Shown here: positions 36,739 to 49,502 of the stretch, piece by piece
Layout of the letters: every line of letters begins with the position of its first letter
How positions within the stretch are numbered: the first letter of the stretch is position 1
Assembly: GCF_006345805.1 (NCBI RefSeq)
Contig: NW_021835995.1
Location: 1-64,000, forward strand
DNA length: 64,000 nucleotides
Source of the DNA: Octopus sinensis
Taxonomy: Eukaryota
Direction of reading: 5' to 3'
The notes under the pieces: model-generated
Databases searched by the model: none
What the model was told of the DNA's origin: nothing
The model's input: only the letters and a program-made list of their open reading frames with translations
Program-made: the position numbers and the translations under genes

Positions 36739-37167
36739 TTAATTTTTCTTAAGGCTAATAGTAGTAACCATCTGAACTTTTTTTGACCCCACCCAAAAAA
36801 AAAAAAAAAAAAAGATAGTAATAGTGCTTATATTCTATCTATCTATCTACAACACACACACACAAACCTCACCTCGGCTCTATTGTTAACCAAATATGAA
36901 AGTATTTTTGACAGGCAAGAACTCTGGCATTGAAGACAGTCAGCCAGCCAACCACCAAGCCAGCCAACGAGACAGACAGACACTACTGTGATGGTGATAA
37001 TGATAAAAAAACAAAAATAACAATAATAAGATACTGCTGTGACTACACATAAAACAAATCATTGATGATGATGGTGGTGATGGTGAGGGTGATGATGATA
37101 ATGATGATGGTAATGGTGGTGATAATGATGATAGTGATGGTAATGGTGAAGATAATAACAATAATAA

Positions 37168-40100
37168 GCCGACTACGGCTGCTATAATGGTACGATTATA
37201 ATTGTAACGGCAATGATGGCCGTCTCCCCACGAGCCAATCAAAGCTAAAAAATGATAACATTATCTAGTAGCACCAAAATGTTTTTGGAAACTAAAAGGA
37301 AAACTAAATCAGTATACCAAATCGCTTGTCCTATGGTTAATCTGGAAGCGCGTCGCCCAGGGAAGAGCCAGCCTGGGATCGAAAAGTCATCAACTGGCAC
37401 AAACTCTTCTCCGAATACGGACATGGATGGTCACTTGAACGGGAAATCCCCCAACTCGAGCCCTCCAAGTTCACCACCACAACCACCACAGAAAGAAAAA
37501 TGTAAGCGGAACAAAGGACCCGAGAAGAGTATAAAGAAGTAATATACGCTTATTACTATGCATTAGGTAGGCCATCTCAAGAGAGACACACCGCAAACTC
37601 TTACAGTATATGGAGAACACGGAATCAAGACAGTAGGCCCTATTTGGACGAGAACAAATTAGCAAATGTGAGGAGGGATATCTTTAGAAATAACAGACTC
37701 ACAGACAGTGAAATAAGTGCGATCAAGCACGCAACGGAAAATGACATAAATATAAGACACAAAGGAAATGAAGAATCAGATGAACAGTATAGCCCGCCAC
37801 GAGGCTTAATTGAAAGACTGCCATCTGACCAAAGTACGCAAAGGCCTGAAGATACAAGAAATTCTATTGTACCTGTTAAAGATAGCCAGGAAAACGAAAA
37901 AACAACAGTAACTGAAGATCTCGCATTTGCTGAAGAACACAGAGAGTCTATGGCAGAAATGAGGCAGAAAATCCTGAATACGCTTGAAGTTGTAAGACAT
38001 ACAAGTTGAATGATAGAGAACCACTTCATAAACTCTCAAATACAAACCAAAATAAAAACAAATCCAATTGCACTATGTAACAAATGAAATAATACGAGAA
38101 TTAAAACCTGATTTTACTGAGTTAAATGAAATTATTTACGCTTCTGCTAGGGCAATTGAAACCAGCTGTATGCCCCCGAAAAAACAAAGAAAGCAAAACC
38201 TGGGAAGAAATCAAACCTGGAGAAGTAAAATTGAAAAAGAGATTGAATTTATGAGAGGGGAAATATCAATATTAAATGAACTAATATGTGGAAATGATGT
38301 AAGATCCAGAACAGGAAGAAAGATGAAGAGAAAATTTGGATCCTCACCAAGAGAAGAACTGATATCAATAAAAGAAACGCTGAAACAAAAAGTCCAAGCA
38401 AAAGCCCAAAGAATACGAAGATTTGAGAAAAGAAACAAGTTTTACAAGCAAAATAAGCTGTTCACATCCAATGCCAAAAAATTCTACAGAGAAATAGGGA
38501 AGGAGAAAGTAACCGTTAAAGACCCCCCCTCCCATGGAAGAAGTTCAAAACTTTTGGGAAAGGATTTGGAGTGACAAGAAGACGTACAACATAAATGCAG
38601 ACTGGATTATACAAACTGAAGGATCGTACCAAAATTTACAACAACAAGCATGGGAAGACATCACAATAGAAGACCTAAGAAAGGCACTCACGAAGGCTCA
38701 TAACTGGAAATCCCCCGGTAAAGATAGGGTGCCGAATTTCTGGCTCGCATCGCTCCCGTGCGCACACGGTAAGCTAGTTCAGCTGCTCAATGGAATTTTG
38801 AGAGACCCAAAGAAAACACCTGAATGGTTAGCAAGTGGCATTACTTACCTACTCCCAAAGAATAACGAAACCAACCTTCCAAAAAACTATCGGCCTATAA
38901 CCTGTCTATCCACCACGTATAAAATCCTAACATCTATCCTGGCGGAGAAAACATATGCATTCATGGAGAAGAACGATATTTTCCCCATTGAACAAAAAGG
39001 GTGCCGCCGAGGCTCTTACGGATGCAAAGATCAACTGCTAATCAATCGTATGATCCTTGAGAACTGTCACAACAAGCGCAGAAATCTCAGCACCGCATGG
39101 ATTGACTATAAAAAGGCCTTCGACAGTATACCGCATCCATGGATCTTGAGATCGCTGGACATCTTTAAAATTTCCCCTGTGATTTCAAACTTCCTGAAGC
39201 ACAATATGTCGTTGTGGAATACGAATCTCCAATTATACCACTCTAATGGAGTACTTGCCTCAGAAAATATAAACATCAACTGTGGAAGTTTTCAAGGTGA
39301 CTCACTTTCACCTTTAATATTCTGCATAGCCCTAATACCCCTTACAAGTGAATTAAACAGAACAGGGTATGGGTATAAATTGCCAATAAAAAAATAAGCC
39401 ATCTATTTATATGGATGACTAAAACTTTATTGTAAAGACAATAATGAACTTGAAGGCCTATTGCGCACCGTGAAAGCATTCAGCGATGACATCGGGATGG
39501 AGTTTGACTTGAGAAGTGTGCCAAGGCCACTTTCCAGAAGGGAAAGTGAAGACCACACATTTCAGTCGTGCTAGATGTTGACACAGTCATAGAGAGCTTG
39601 AGCAAGAACAGACATACAAATATTTAGGGATAAATGAAGGCTCTGGTATTCAGCATGCAAGCATGAAAGAGAAAATCAGGAAGGAATGTTTAGGAGAGTT
39701 CGTGCAGTCCTGAAATCTGAACTAAATGCACGTAACAAGGTGTTAGCTTAAAATTCCTTAGCAGTTCCAGTTGTTACTTATAGCTACAATGTGTTGAACT
39801 GGAATATGAGTGAAGTAAAGAATATAGATAGAAAAATACGCAAGCTGCTGAGTTGTAATAGGATGCACCACCCAAAGGCAGACGTAGATCGCCTTTACCT
39901 TTCCAGAGCCCAAGGAGGTCGAGGCCTGATCCAATTTGAACTAGCTTACAAAACAACCACAATTGGACTGGCCAAATATCTCGAAATATCGAATGACTGG
40001 ATGCTAAAGCTCGTGGAAAATCACGAGAGACGAAAGAAGCTTCATTCTATCATAAAGGAAAGCAAAAAAATTGCTATTGCTCTCGTGCAGGATACCCAAA

Positions 40101-41110
40101 CTGAACAACCCGAGGGAAGTACGGCAACTATTGTTGCAAAGAAGGTGAAAATGATGGCAATGAAAAAAGCGCACGAGCATTGGCTGATAGGTGGGAGGAG
40201 AAACCTCTGCACGGCAAATATGTGACCCGCAGCAAACAAGCTGATGTTGACCAGAAGCAAACCCATCAGTGGCTGCGGAGCTCAGGGCTAAAAGCAGAGA
40301 GCGAAGGTTTCATCCTGGCTGCTCAAGACCAAAGCCTATTAACCCGGAACTACCAGGCCAATGTGATGAAAATGGAGCAGACCCAAAATGCCGATTCTGC
40401 AACGACATGATTGAAACAGTGGACCACCTAATCTCTGGATGTAAAGTCTTAGCACCAGTGGAGTATAAATTAAGACATGACAGAGTTGGCCAATATCTCC
40501 ACTGGCTAATAAGTCGGCATTACAATATCAAAACTGCCGACAAGTGGTATAATCACCACCCTGAGGCTGTAACTGAAGGAGAAAATGTAACCATTCTGTG
40601 GACTTCCAGTACATACAGACCGAACCATCAAGGCCAATAAACCAGATATTGTTGTGAAAGACCAAAACAATAAAGTTTGCTTATTGATCGACATGAGCAT
40701 CCCCTGTGATCATAATATCTCAGCGAAAGAGTTTGACAACTCAGAAAATATAAGACCTACTCATTGAAATTGAGAAAATGTGGCATCTCAAGGCGGTTAC
40801 AATACAGTGATCGTAGGAGCACTAGAATGATCAAGAAGGGAACCGAAAATTATATGAGAATGATCCCTGGCTTACCATCCCTGCAAGAAGTGCAAAATTG
40901 TCTTAACTGGTACATCACACGTATGAGAAGAGCATTGTCGATGTGAGAACTGTTGCTGCTCCTGTATTTTAATTTAACTTAAAAAAAAAAAAATAACGAA
41001 CTACTGAGTTTGGTTTAATGGCCTACCAATGTATACTATGAGTTTCTTTGCCCTAGGAGTCGGGAAGACACTCGGCAAGAAATGGAAGCAATTTGAAAGA
41101 AGAAAAAAAA
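37168..41110 (+). mobile_element. Near full-length R4/Dong-clade non-LTR retrotransposon (RT + CCHC + restriction-like endonuclease)
   Basis: N-terminal TREEYKEVIYAYY region, RT, HHPKADVDRLYL..GGRGL, WEEKPLHGKY, CRFC..HLISGC, KPDIVV; ends in A-run then (TAA)n. Confidence 0.95.
38534..39397 (+). CDS. Reverse transcriptase segment of the R4/Dong element
   Basis: NWKSPGKD, NYRPITCL, EQKGCRRGSYGCKDQL, AWIDYKKAFDSIPH, QGDSLSPL; YMDDLK follows after a frameshift. Confidence 0.95.
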   Translation: MEEVQNFWERIWSDKKTYNINADWIIQTEGSYQNLQQQAWEDITIEDLRKALTKAHNWKSPGKDRVPNFWLASLPCAHGKLVQLLNGILRDPKKTPEWLASGITYLLPKNNETNLPKNYRPITCLSTTYKILTSILAEKTYAFMEKNDIFPIEQKGCRRGSYGCKDQLLINRMILENCHNKRRNLSTAWIDYKKAFDSIPHPWILRSLDIFKISPVISNFLKHNMSLWNTNLQLYHSNGVLASENININCGSFQGDSLSPLIFCIALIPLTSELNRTGYGYKLPIKK

Positions 41111-41140
41111 GTAATAATAATACTAATATAATAATAATAA

Positions 41141-41232
<92 letters not shown>

Positions 41233-41274
41233 TATAATAATAAATAATAATAATAATATTAATAATAATAATTG

Positions 41275-41605
41275 ACCACGAAAGGAGGAAGGCAACGTCG
41301 ATCTCGACGGAATTTGAACTCAGAACCAAAGACGACAAAATGCCGCTAAACATTTTTGCTCAACGCGCTAACGATTCTTATTCTTTATTGCCCACAAGGG
41401 GCTACACACAGAGGGACAAGCAAGGACAGACAAACGGATTAAGTCGTTTACATCGACCCCAGTGCGTAACTGGTACTTATTTAATCGACCTCAAAAGGAT
41501 GAAAGGCAAAGTCGACCTCGCGGAATTTGAACTCAGAACGTAGCGGCAGACGAAATACCGCTAAGCATTTCGCCCGGGCGCTAACGGTTCTGCCAGCTCG
41601 CCTTG
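41275..41605 (-). mobile_element. SINE family A
   Basis: Reverse complement of family motifs. Confidence 0.85.
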
Positions 41606-42244
41606 TGTCAATATAATGAGAGTATTGGATTGCAGAACGTTACAGTGTCAGTAAAAATGCCGTACAGTTTTTTTTTTGTTTTGTTTTTCTTACGTTCTGA
41701 TTTCAAATCCTACACAGACAGCTATGACTTTCATCCTTCTGAGAACGATAAATAAAGTGTCAGTCAACAGAACCACCCGAAACACTTGCTATTTTTAAAA
41801 TCAGTATTTATTCTATCGATCTCTTTCACTGAACCACTATGTTACGATACCAGTTGTCAAACTGAGGGGACACAAACATACACACACGTACATACGCACA
41901 AATATATACATATATACATATTATTTTAAACAGGGATGTTATTGACAGACTTCGAAGTTTTGGCTAGTTAAGCCATCGTTAGACAGTCAAATATTCTTGT
42001 TTAGAATGATTGTTTGTACTTACAAAAGGGAAGAGTACCCCATCATATTATTGCAAATAACAGGACAAAACAACAAAGATTAAAACACACACATACACAT
42101 ATTATAGATATTATTTAGTATGATATATATATATATAATATATATATTATATATATATATATAAATATAATATATATAATATATATATACATACATTATA
42201 TATATATAATATATACATATATAATATAACTTATATATATATGC

Positions 42245-42276
<32 letters not shown>

Positions 42277-42349
42277 ATATATATATTATATATATTATAT
42301 ATATATATCTATTACACAAAACCGCGTATATATATATGCATATATTGGT

Positions 42350-42741
42350 ACAGGACGTCGCAAACCGTAAACAACATGAAACAGAAACAAAAGAGTTGAA
42401 TATATAAACAACGAGAGAAACAAATGGAAAACAGGACAGTATCATAAAGAACGCTTCATCAGTTGTCGGTTGCCCATCTACTCCTCGTTTCGAGCATTGA
42501 CGACAATATGAGTCTTCGAAGGGCAGTTCTTGTTACCAGCTTTGACCCTCTGGGAATCCCAAATTTTATCTTGGTTTGCGGAAGCAACTGCCCTTCGAGA
42601 CTCATTGTCGTTCAATGCTCGACAACTGATAAAGGGTCGTTCTTTATGCTACTTGTCCTGTTTTTCCATTGTTTCTCTCGTTGTTATGTATTCAATTTTT
42701 GTTTTCGAAAATTCATGTTGTTACGGTTTGTGACGTCCTGT
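42350..42741. repeat. Fold-back element, related to 6284-6527
   Basis: ACAGGACGTCGCAAACCGTAA.. / ..TTACGGTTTGTGACGTCCTGT; both share CGAAACG(A/C)GGAGTAGATG..CTGA(T/A)GAAG. Confidence 0.8.
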
Positions 42742-42866
42742 TGGATATATGTGTAATAAATACATATATATATGCATCTATATGTTATATAGACCTATAT
42801 TATATATGCTATAGATATGGATACATCCTATATAATATATAAATATATTATATATATACAATATAT

Positions 42867-42949
<83 letters not shown>

Positions 42950-42951
42950 AT

Positions 42952-43077
42952 TTACGGAGATGTACTCGCATAGCAAGTTATTTGATCTGAGATCGTGTGC
43001 TGAAACGAAAACAATTGCAGCGTGGAAGGTGTTTATAAGCCATTTACGAAACACACAAAAGCCGTTCGATTCACTTC

Positions 43078-43078
<1 letters not shown>
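42952..43078 (+). repeat. Truncated direct copy of the 44855 element 5' part
   Basis: TTACGGAGATGTACTCGCATAGC..TTCGATTCACTTCA repeated at 44855-44980. Confidence 0.9.
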
Positions 43079-43135
<57 letters not shown>

Positions 43136-43320
43136 TATAATATATATATATAAATATATATTATATATTATTTGACTGAAAACCACGCATCCATTTCCAA
43201 GTAAGTCTATATATATATATATATTATATATATATTAATATATCTATATATGTAGTCCCGGTTGATTCGGGTTAACCACCGTAATAAGGTACTCAATACA
43301 TAGCAGAGTAAAATTAATGT

Positions 43321-44802
43321 ATTATAGAGAAGGAGTTCTACAGGACTAGAACTGTTTCATTCAAGAGAAATCTTCAGGAAGCTAGTTAACAAGAATTGTT
43401 ATGGCATTTATACATTTAGGCAGTTTAAAGGGGTGTTGGTGGGGGACTTTTGGGGGGTAGGCATAGCGCAAAAAATCATACTTGGGGGAGTGGTCAAGAG
43501 TCAGTGTTAAATAGATAGGAGAATAAATAAAAATAAAAAATAAAAAAAAAAAATAAAATAAAAAATAACAAATAAAAAATAAAAAATATAAAAAATATAA
43601 AAAATAAAAAATAAAAAATAAAAAATAAAAAATAGAAAATAGAAAATAAAAAAAATAAAAAAAAATATATGTAAAAAATAAAAAATAAAATAAAAATAAA
43701 AATAAAAAATAAAAAAAAAAAATATATATATATATATATATGTGTGTATAAAGGGGGGAATAGAGTTTTAGGTAAATAAGGAGATTCTCACTTATACCTC
43801 TACACATACACCCATATATATACAATCACACATACATATACATATCTACACATACACATATATATGTATACATACACACACTCACTTGCATACACGTATA
43901 CACACATGTATATATACACACACGACCACACATACATATACACACAGAAAAATATATATATACACATACACACACATCTACTCACATACACGCATACACA
44001 CAAAATCCATACACACATGCACACAGACACACTAGTCCCCTATATACACATATATACACATACACACATATATATACACCCACACATACACATACATATA
44101 TGTGTGTATGTGTATATATGTGTATATAGGGACTAGTGTGCTGTGTGTGCATGTGGTGTATGGATTTGTGTGTGTATGCGTGTATGTGAGTAGATGTGTG
44201 TGTTGTGTATATATTATTTTGTGTGTGTATATGTATGTGTGTCGTGTGTGTATATATACATGTGTGTATACGTGTATGCAAGTGAGTGTGTGTATGTATA
44301 CATATATATGTGTATGTGTAGATATGTATAGTATGTGGTGATTGTATATATATGGGTGTATGTGTAGAGGTAAGTGAGAATCTCCTTATTTACCTAAAAC
44401 TCTATTTCCCCCCTTTATACATATATATATTATATATATATATATATATAATTTTTTTTTTTTTTTTTTTTTTTTTTACTATATTTTTTTTATATTTTTA
44501 TTTTCTATTTTCTATTTTATTTTTATTTTTATTTTTTTATTTTTATATTTTTATTTGTATTTTTTATTTTTTATTTTTTATTTTTATTTTATTTATTCTC
44601 CTATCTAATTTACACTGACTCCTTGACCACTCCCCCAAGTATGATTTTTTGCGCTATGCCTACCCCCCCAAAAAGTCCCCCACCAACACCCCTTAAACCT
44701 GCCTAAATGTATAAATGCCAATACAATTCTTGTTAACTAGCTTCCTGAAGATTTCTCTTGAATGAAACAGTTCTAGTCCTGTAGAAGCTCCTTCTATATA
44801 AT
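43321..44802. repeat. ~1.48-kb palindrome centred near 44085
   Basis: Unique blocks (43321-43530 / 44590-44802; 43750-43800 / 44360-44410) and microsatellites mirror each other. Confidence 0.9.
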
Positions 44803-44804
44803 AA

Positions 44805-44857
<53 letters not shown>

Positions 44858-44994
44858 CGGAGATGTACTCGCATAGCAAGTAATTTGATCTGAAATCGTG
44901 TGCTGAAACGAAACAATTGCAGCGTGGAAGGTGTTTATAAGCCATTTAAGAAACACACAAAAGCCGTTCGATTCACTTCAACATTTAATTTAAT

Positions 44995-45042
44995 TTGTCA
45001 AAATATTTTCGTCGCTAAAATCCACAACCTGTTCACTGACAA
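44995..45042 (-). ncRNA. Hammerhead-like motif, G3-C8 core variant (left arm)
   Basis: TTGTCA GTGAACA G GTTGT GGATTTTA GCGAC GAAA ATAT T T TGACAA. Confidence 0.6.
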
Positions 45043-45066
45043 AAATCCGTGATGCAGCACGGATTT

Positions 45067-45114
45067 TTGTCAGTGAACAGGTCGCGGATTTTAGCGACGA
45101 AAATATTTTGACAA
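45067..45114 (+). ncRNA. Hammerhead-like motif, G3-C8 core variant (right arm)
   Basis: Stem I TTGTCA/TGACAA, core GTGAACA 45073-45079, stem II GTCGC/GCGAC, GAAA 45099-45102, palindromic stem III AATATT. Confidence 0.65.
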
Positions 45115-45194
45115 ATTAAACTTAAATGTTGAAGTGAATCGAACGGCTTTTGTGTGTTTCTTAAATGGCTTATAAACACCTTCCACGCTGCAAT

Positions 45195-45230
<36 letters not shown>

Positions 45231-45344
45231 ATATATATATATTATATATATATATATATTATATATATATATATATAATGATAGAAAAGGCAAGACACAA
45301 AAGAATGAAAGAGACCTCGATATTATGTAAATAGAGGAATTTAT

Positions 45345-45538
45345 CTGTAAATATAATGTGACAGTTATTCGGTAGCCATGATAAAACTCCGAGGTTCGGA
45401 TGTAGGGGCGGAAATCCACGTCGGCATCTCTTCAGTTATCGATAACTGAAGAGATGCCGACGTGGATTTCCGCCCTGACATCCGAGACTCGGAGTTTTAT
45501 CATGGCTATCGAATAGCTGTCACATATTATATTTACAG
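45345..45538. mobile_element. Fold-back element with a degenerate hammerhead in each arm
   Basis: Centre GTTATC|GATAAC at 45440/45441; GATAA CTGAAGA GATG..CATC C GA(G/A)(A/C)C TCGGAG T T TTATC. Confidence 0.75.
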
Positions 45539-45934
45539 TTATGTATATACGACGAGCTTCTATACAGTTTCCCTCTATCAATCAACTCACAAGGCATTGG
45601 TCGGTCTGGGACTAAAGTAGAAGATACTTGCCCGAGGTGCCACGCAATGTCACTGAAAGCGATCTTCTTAGCCTCACAATCGCGGTTGCACCCTTTTTGG
45701 TTTCTTTCTTACATTTTTATGTTCAGACGAAGGTCGCAAATTGACGGATGAAATACTATCTCAACACTAAAATGGAAGTTCTTACTTTTGCAAAAAGACA
45801 CGCAACAGAGAGACTAATATTTGATCAGAAAACATACAGAGTTTTCATAGAATTATGTAGAAATGGGAGAATTTCTAAATCAAAAAGAAAAACGACTAGT
45901 TTGGAAGTTGTGAAAATTGGAGTTATTTCCTATT

Positions 45935-46910
45935 TGCTCTCCCCACCTTCTCCTTCTCTCTCTCCCTTCTTTTCACTCTCTCCCCTTCTCTCTATCTCAC
46001 GTTTTCCCTCTCTCTCTCTCCTCCCTCTTCGTATTCTCTCTCCTTCCTCTGCTCTCTTTCTCCTTCGGCTTCTATCTCTATCACTCCTCTCTCTTTCTCC
46101 CTCTCTTTCTCACGCTTTCCCTCCCTCCCTTTTTCTCCCTCACTTTCTCCCTCTCTCTTTCTCCTCTCGCTTTCTCGCGTTTTCCCTTTCTTTCTCTCGC
46201 TCTCTCCTTTGTCTCTCTCTCATTTCTTCGTCTTCTCTCTCTCCTTCTTTTTTCGTCTTCTCTCTCTCCTTCTTCCTCTTCTTTCTTTCTCCTTCAGCTA
46301 CTCTCTCTTTCACTCCTTCTCTCTCTTTCTCCCGCTTTCCCTCTCTCTTTTTCTCCCTCACTTTCTCCCTCTCTATTTCTCGTCTCCCTCTCTTTCTCCT
46401 CTCCTTCTCTCTCTCCTCTCTTTCTCACGTTTTCCCTCTCTCTCTCCTTCGTCTTCTCTCTCTCCTCTCTTTCTCACGCTTTCCCTCTCTCACTTCTTCT
46501 CCCTCACTTTCTCCCTCTCTCTTTCTCCTCTCCCTCTGTCTTTCTCTGTTTCTTTGTTTCCCTCTATTCTCTTGAATCGTTAAAACCGTTAGTTGGTTTC
46601 ATACTTAGCTCTCTCCTTCTTCGTCTTCTCTCTCTCTCTCTTTTCTCTCTTTCTCACGCTTTCCCTCGCTCTCTCTTTTTCTCCCACACTTTCCCCTCTC
46701 TCTCTCTCTCCCTCTTTCTCTTTCTTTCTTCCCTCTCTTGAATCGTTAAAACCGTTAGTTGGCTCCACACTTAGCTCTCTCCTCTTTCGTCTTCCTCTTT
46801 CTCATGCTTTCCCTCTCCCTCTTTTCTCCCCCGCTTTTCCCTCTCTCTCTTTCACTTTCTTTTTCTTCTCCCTTGAATCGTTAAAACCTTAGTTGGTTCC
46901 ATACATAGCT
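45935..46910. repeat. Polypyrimidine (CT-rich) tract with three copies of a ~45-bp unit
   Basis: CTTGAATCGTTAAAACC(G)TTAGTTGG at 46571, 46737, 46872. Confidence 0.9.
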
Positions 46911-47084
46911 GACAAGAGTGAACGTGCTCACTTTGCATATTTTGGGCGTAAACACCAAAGATATTAATCTTCACAAAATGTAGAATTTTCAGTTAAGAAT
47001 TAATTCAGTGATATAAACAAGATTCTTTCCAATTTGACAAGCATAACTATTATTAATAGAAAAGGAGAGGGTTATTATTTGATA

Positions 47085-48830
47085 GAATCAGATAAAATGT
47101 TTAGCGGTAAATCTTTGGTATTTACGTTCTGAGTTCAAATTCCGCTGAAGTCGACTTTGCCTTTCATCCTTTCGAGGTCGATAAAATATATACCAGATGG
47201 GAACGAGGCGCCTTGTAACTATAGTAGAAAGAATTAATAGAAGAGGTGAGGATGAAGAGTTGGTAGCGAGCAGCAGAATCGGGAGAGCGCCGGAAAAATG
47301 TTTTGCGTTATTTTTTCTGGATTTTTGCGTTCTGTGTTCTAATCAATTTTAGCTTTCGTCCCTCTGGTGGTGGGGAGTCGATAAGATACAAGTACCAGTC
47401 TAGCACTGGGGTTGATGGTATTCCTAACCCTTCCCCTTAAAATCGCTGTCCTTATGTCTAAATCAAAACTTATTATTAATAGTAGGGGTGAAGATGCTGG
47501 ATTTGTGGAGTCTTTAGTGCGACGAACAAAATATAATGCAGCTTTTCTCCCGGCTTGTCATATTTTGGGTTCAAACCCCGCCGAAGCCAGCTTTGCCTTT
47601 CATCTTTTCGGGGTCAATAAAATTAAGTACCATTCAAGTTGATGCTATCGACTAACGCGCCCTCCTTTCAAAATGGCTGGCTGGCCTCGTGTCTTAATCG
47701 GAGATCGTTATTAATAAGGTGGTGAAGACGGTGAGCTGGCAGATCTTTAGACACTCTGAGTTCGAATTCTGCCGAGAAGAACTTGCTTTCTATTTCTCTG
47801 GGTGTTATAAAATGAATTACTAGTCAAATACTGGAATCGATCTAATCGACTTCCCCCTCTCCTCAAAACACAGATGGCCCTGCAACAAACTTTAGAACCG
47901 TTATTACTAGACTAGCATAAGGCAGAATGGTTAGTACGCAGGGGAAATGCTTAGCCGTATTTCGTCTGCCGTTACGTTCTGAGTTCAAATTCCGCCGAGG
48001 TCGACTTTGCCTTTCATCCTTTCGGGGTCGATAAATTAAGTATCAGTTACGCACTGGGGTCGATATAATCGACTTAATCCGTTTGTCTATCCTTGTTTGT
48101 CCTCTCTGTGTTTAGCCCCTTGTGGGTAGTAAAGAAATAGGTATTTCGTCTGCCGCTACGTTCTAAGTTCAAATTCCGTCGAGGACGACTTTGCGTTTCA
48201 TCCTTTCGGGGTCGATTATATAAGTACCAGTTCCTCCAAGTTATATTCAATGTCTGGTGCCTAGAGGAGAAATAATTAGCATGTCTGGCAAAATGCTTAG
48301 CATTACTTCCGGCACTTCATTTTCTGACTTCAAATAGCGCCGAGATCAGCTTTGCTCTTCATCGTTTAGACGTCGATAAAATAAGATACCAATCAAATAC
48401 TGTTACCGATGGTCCGATAGTATTAAGTAAATCCTCAAATCTGCTGGACTTGCATCTAAATCAGAGATTGTTTAGTCCATAAAATAGAGTAGCACAGTCG
48501 TATTGGGGTTGATTTATTCGATTAACTCGTCCCTCAAAATTTTACTTCGTTGTGTACGAAATATTATTACTGGAGTTAGTTATTACTGGCAAAAGTACTC
48601 GGAATGCAGGATCGAACGTTTTATAGTATTTAATTACATATCAATATTATCAGTTCAAATCTCATCGAGGTCGAGTAAGCCTTTTATCTTCTTGGATTAA
48701 TTTGATCGTTTATATCCTTTCTGGTTTTGTGACTAAGGAAGATCTGAGTGTGGGTCAAAATTGGTAGAACACCCGGTAAAATGCCTTGCACTATTTAATT
48801 ACGTCTTGAATTCAAATCCAACCGAACCGA
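47085..48830 (+). mobile_element. Cluster of same-strand SINE family A copies of varied divergence
   Basis: Family motif at about 47120, 47330, 47570, 47755, 47975, 48160, 48320, 48650, 48810. Confidence 0.8.
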
Positions 48831-49502
48831 ATTTATCTGTCAAACTGGATTTGCGTTTTCCTAACAAGACAAGTAAGTTCTATCGTTACAAAATGGCTGA
48901 GATAACAATCGTTGGAAAAGATTGATAAAACGATAGAATAAAGCTTTTTCTCGATGTACACCAAGAAATACAACAATAGCAATACAACAACAAATAGAAA
49001 AACTAGACAAATAACAAAAGATGACGGAAAATGCAATTATTTTGAAAATAAATCCTCAAATTTGCTGGCCTTGTATCTAAATCAGAGATTGCATGGTTGA
49101 TACGAGCCAAAGATAATTTTCTTTGTCGTTAGTCTATGTTTTAATAAGAAACTAAATTTTACTCAAATCACATTCTACAGTCTTTAAAACTAGAATAATT
49201 GCATTGAATAATGTCGTTCGAGATGATACGGATGAAAACAAAATTTCATGGTCTAGAACTTCTTTTTGATCAGAGCTGGCGCCTGTTGTGGGTTAGACAA
49301 CATGATCAGAAACCACGATGATAAAACCGCCTCAGTAAACAATACCAAACAATAACAGTTTGCATGTGATTATTAGAATTAACAGTGAAATCACCTTCAA
49401 ATGTCCTTAAAAAATAGGAAGAAGGGCATAGTCTGACCTGAGACTACGTGACAATAATATAAGACTAATAACAGTAACAGCAGTTTTCGCAGTCGTGGTA
49501 CT

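Larger units (their letters stand above)
44855..45196. mobile_element. Fold-back Penelope-type element; palindrome 44914-45196
   Basis: Arms meet at CCGTG-ATGCAG-CACGG; each arm carries a hammerhead-like fold. Confidence 0.8.

Noticed and set aside
37168-37260. HDV-like ribozyme at the R4 5' end
   Set aside because: CGT-CTCCCC-ACG could be P3/L3, but P1 is only 4 bp and P1.1/J4-2 are missing.
45748-46892. 275-aa Leu/Ser/Phe-rich ORFs resembling membrane proteins
   Set aside because: Products of the CT-rich tract.
46571-46910. Three ~45-bp repeats with spacers, superficially CRISPR-like
   Set aside because: Spacers are low-complexity CT of unequal length, no cas genes, eukaryotic context.
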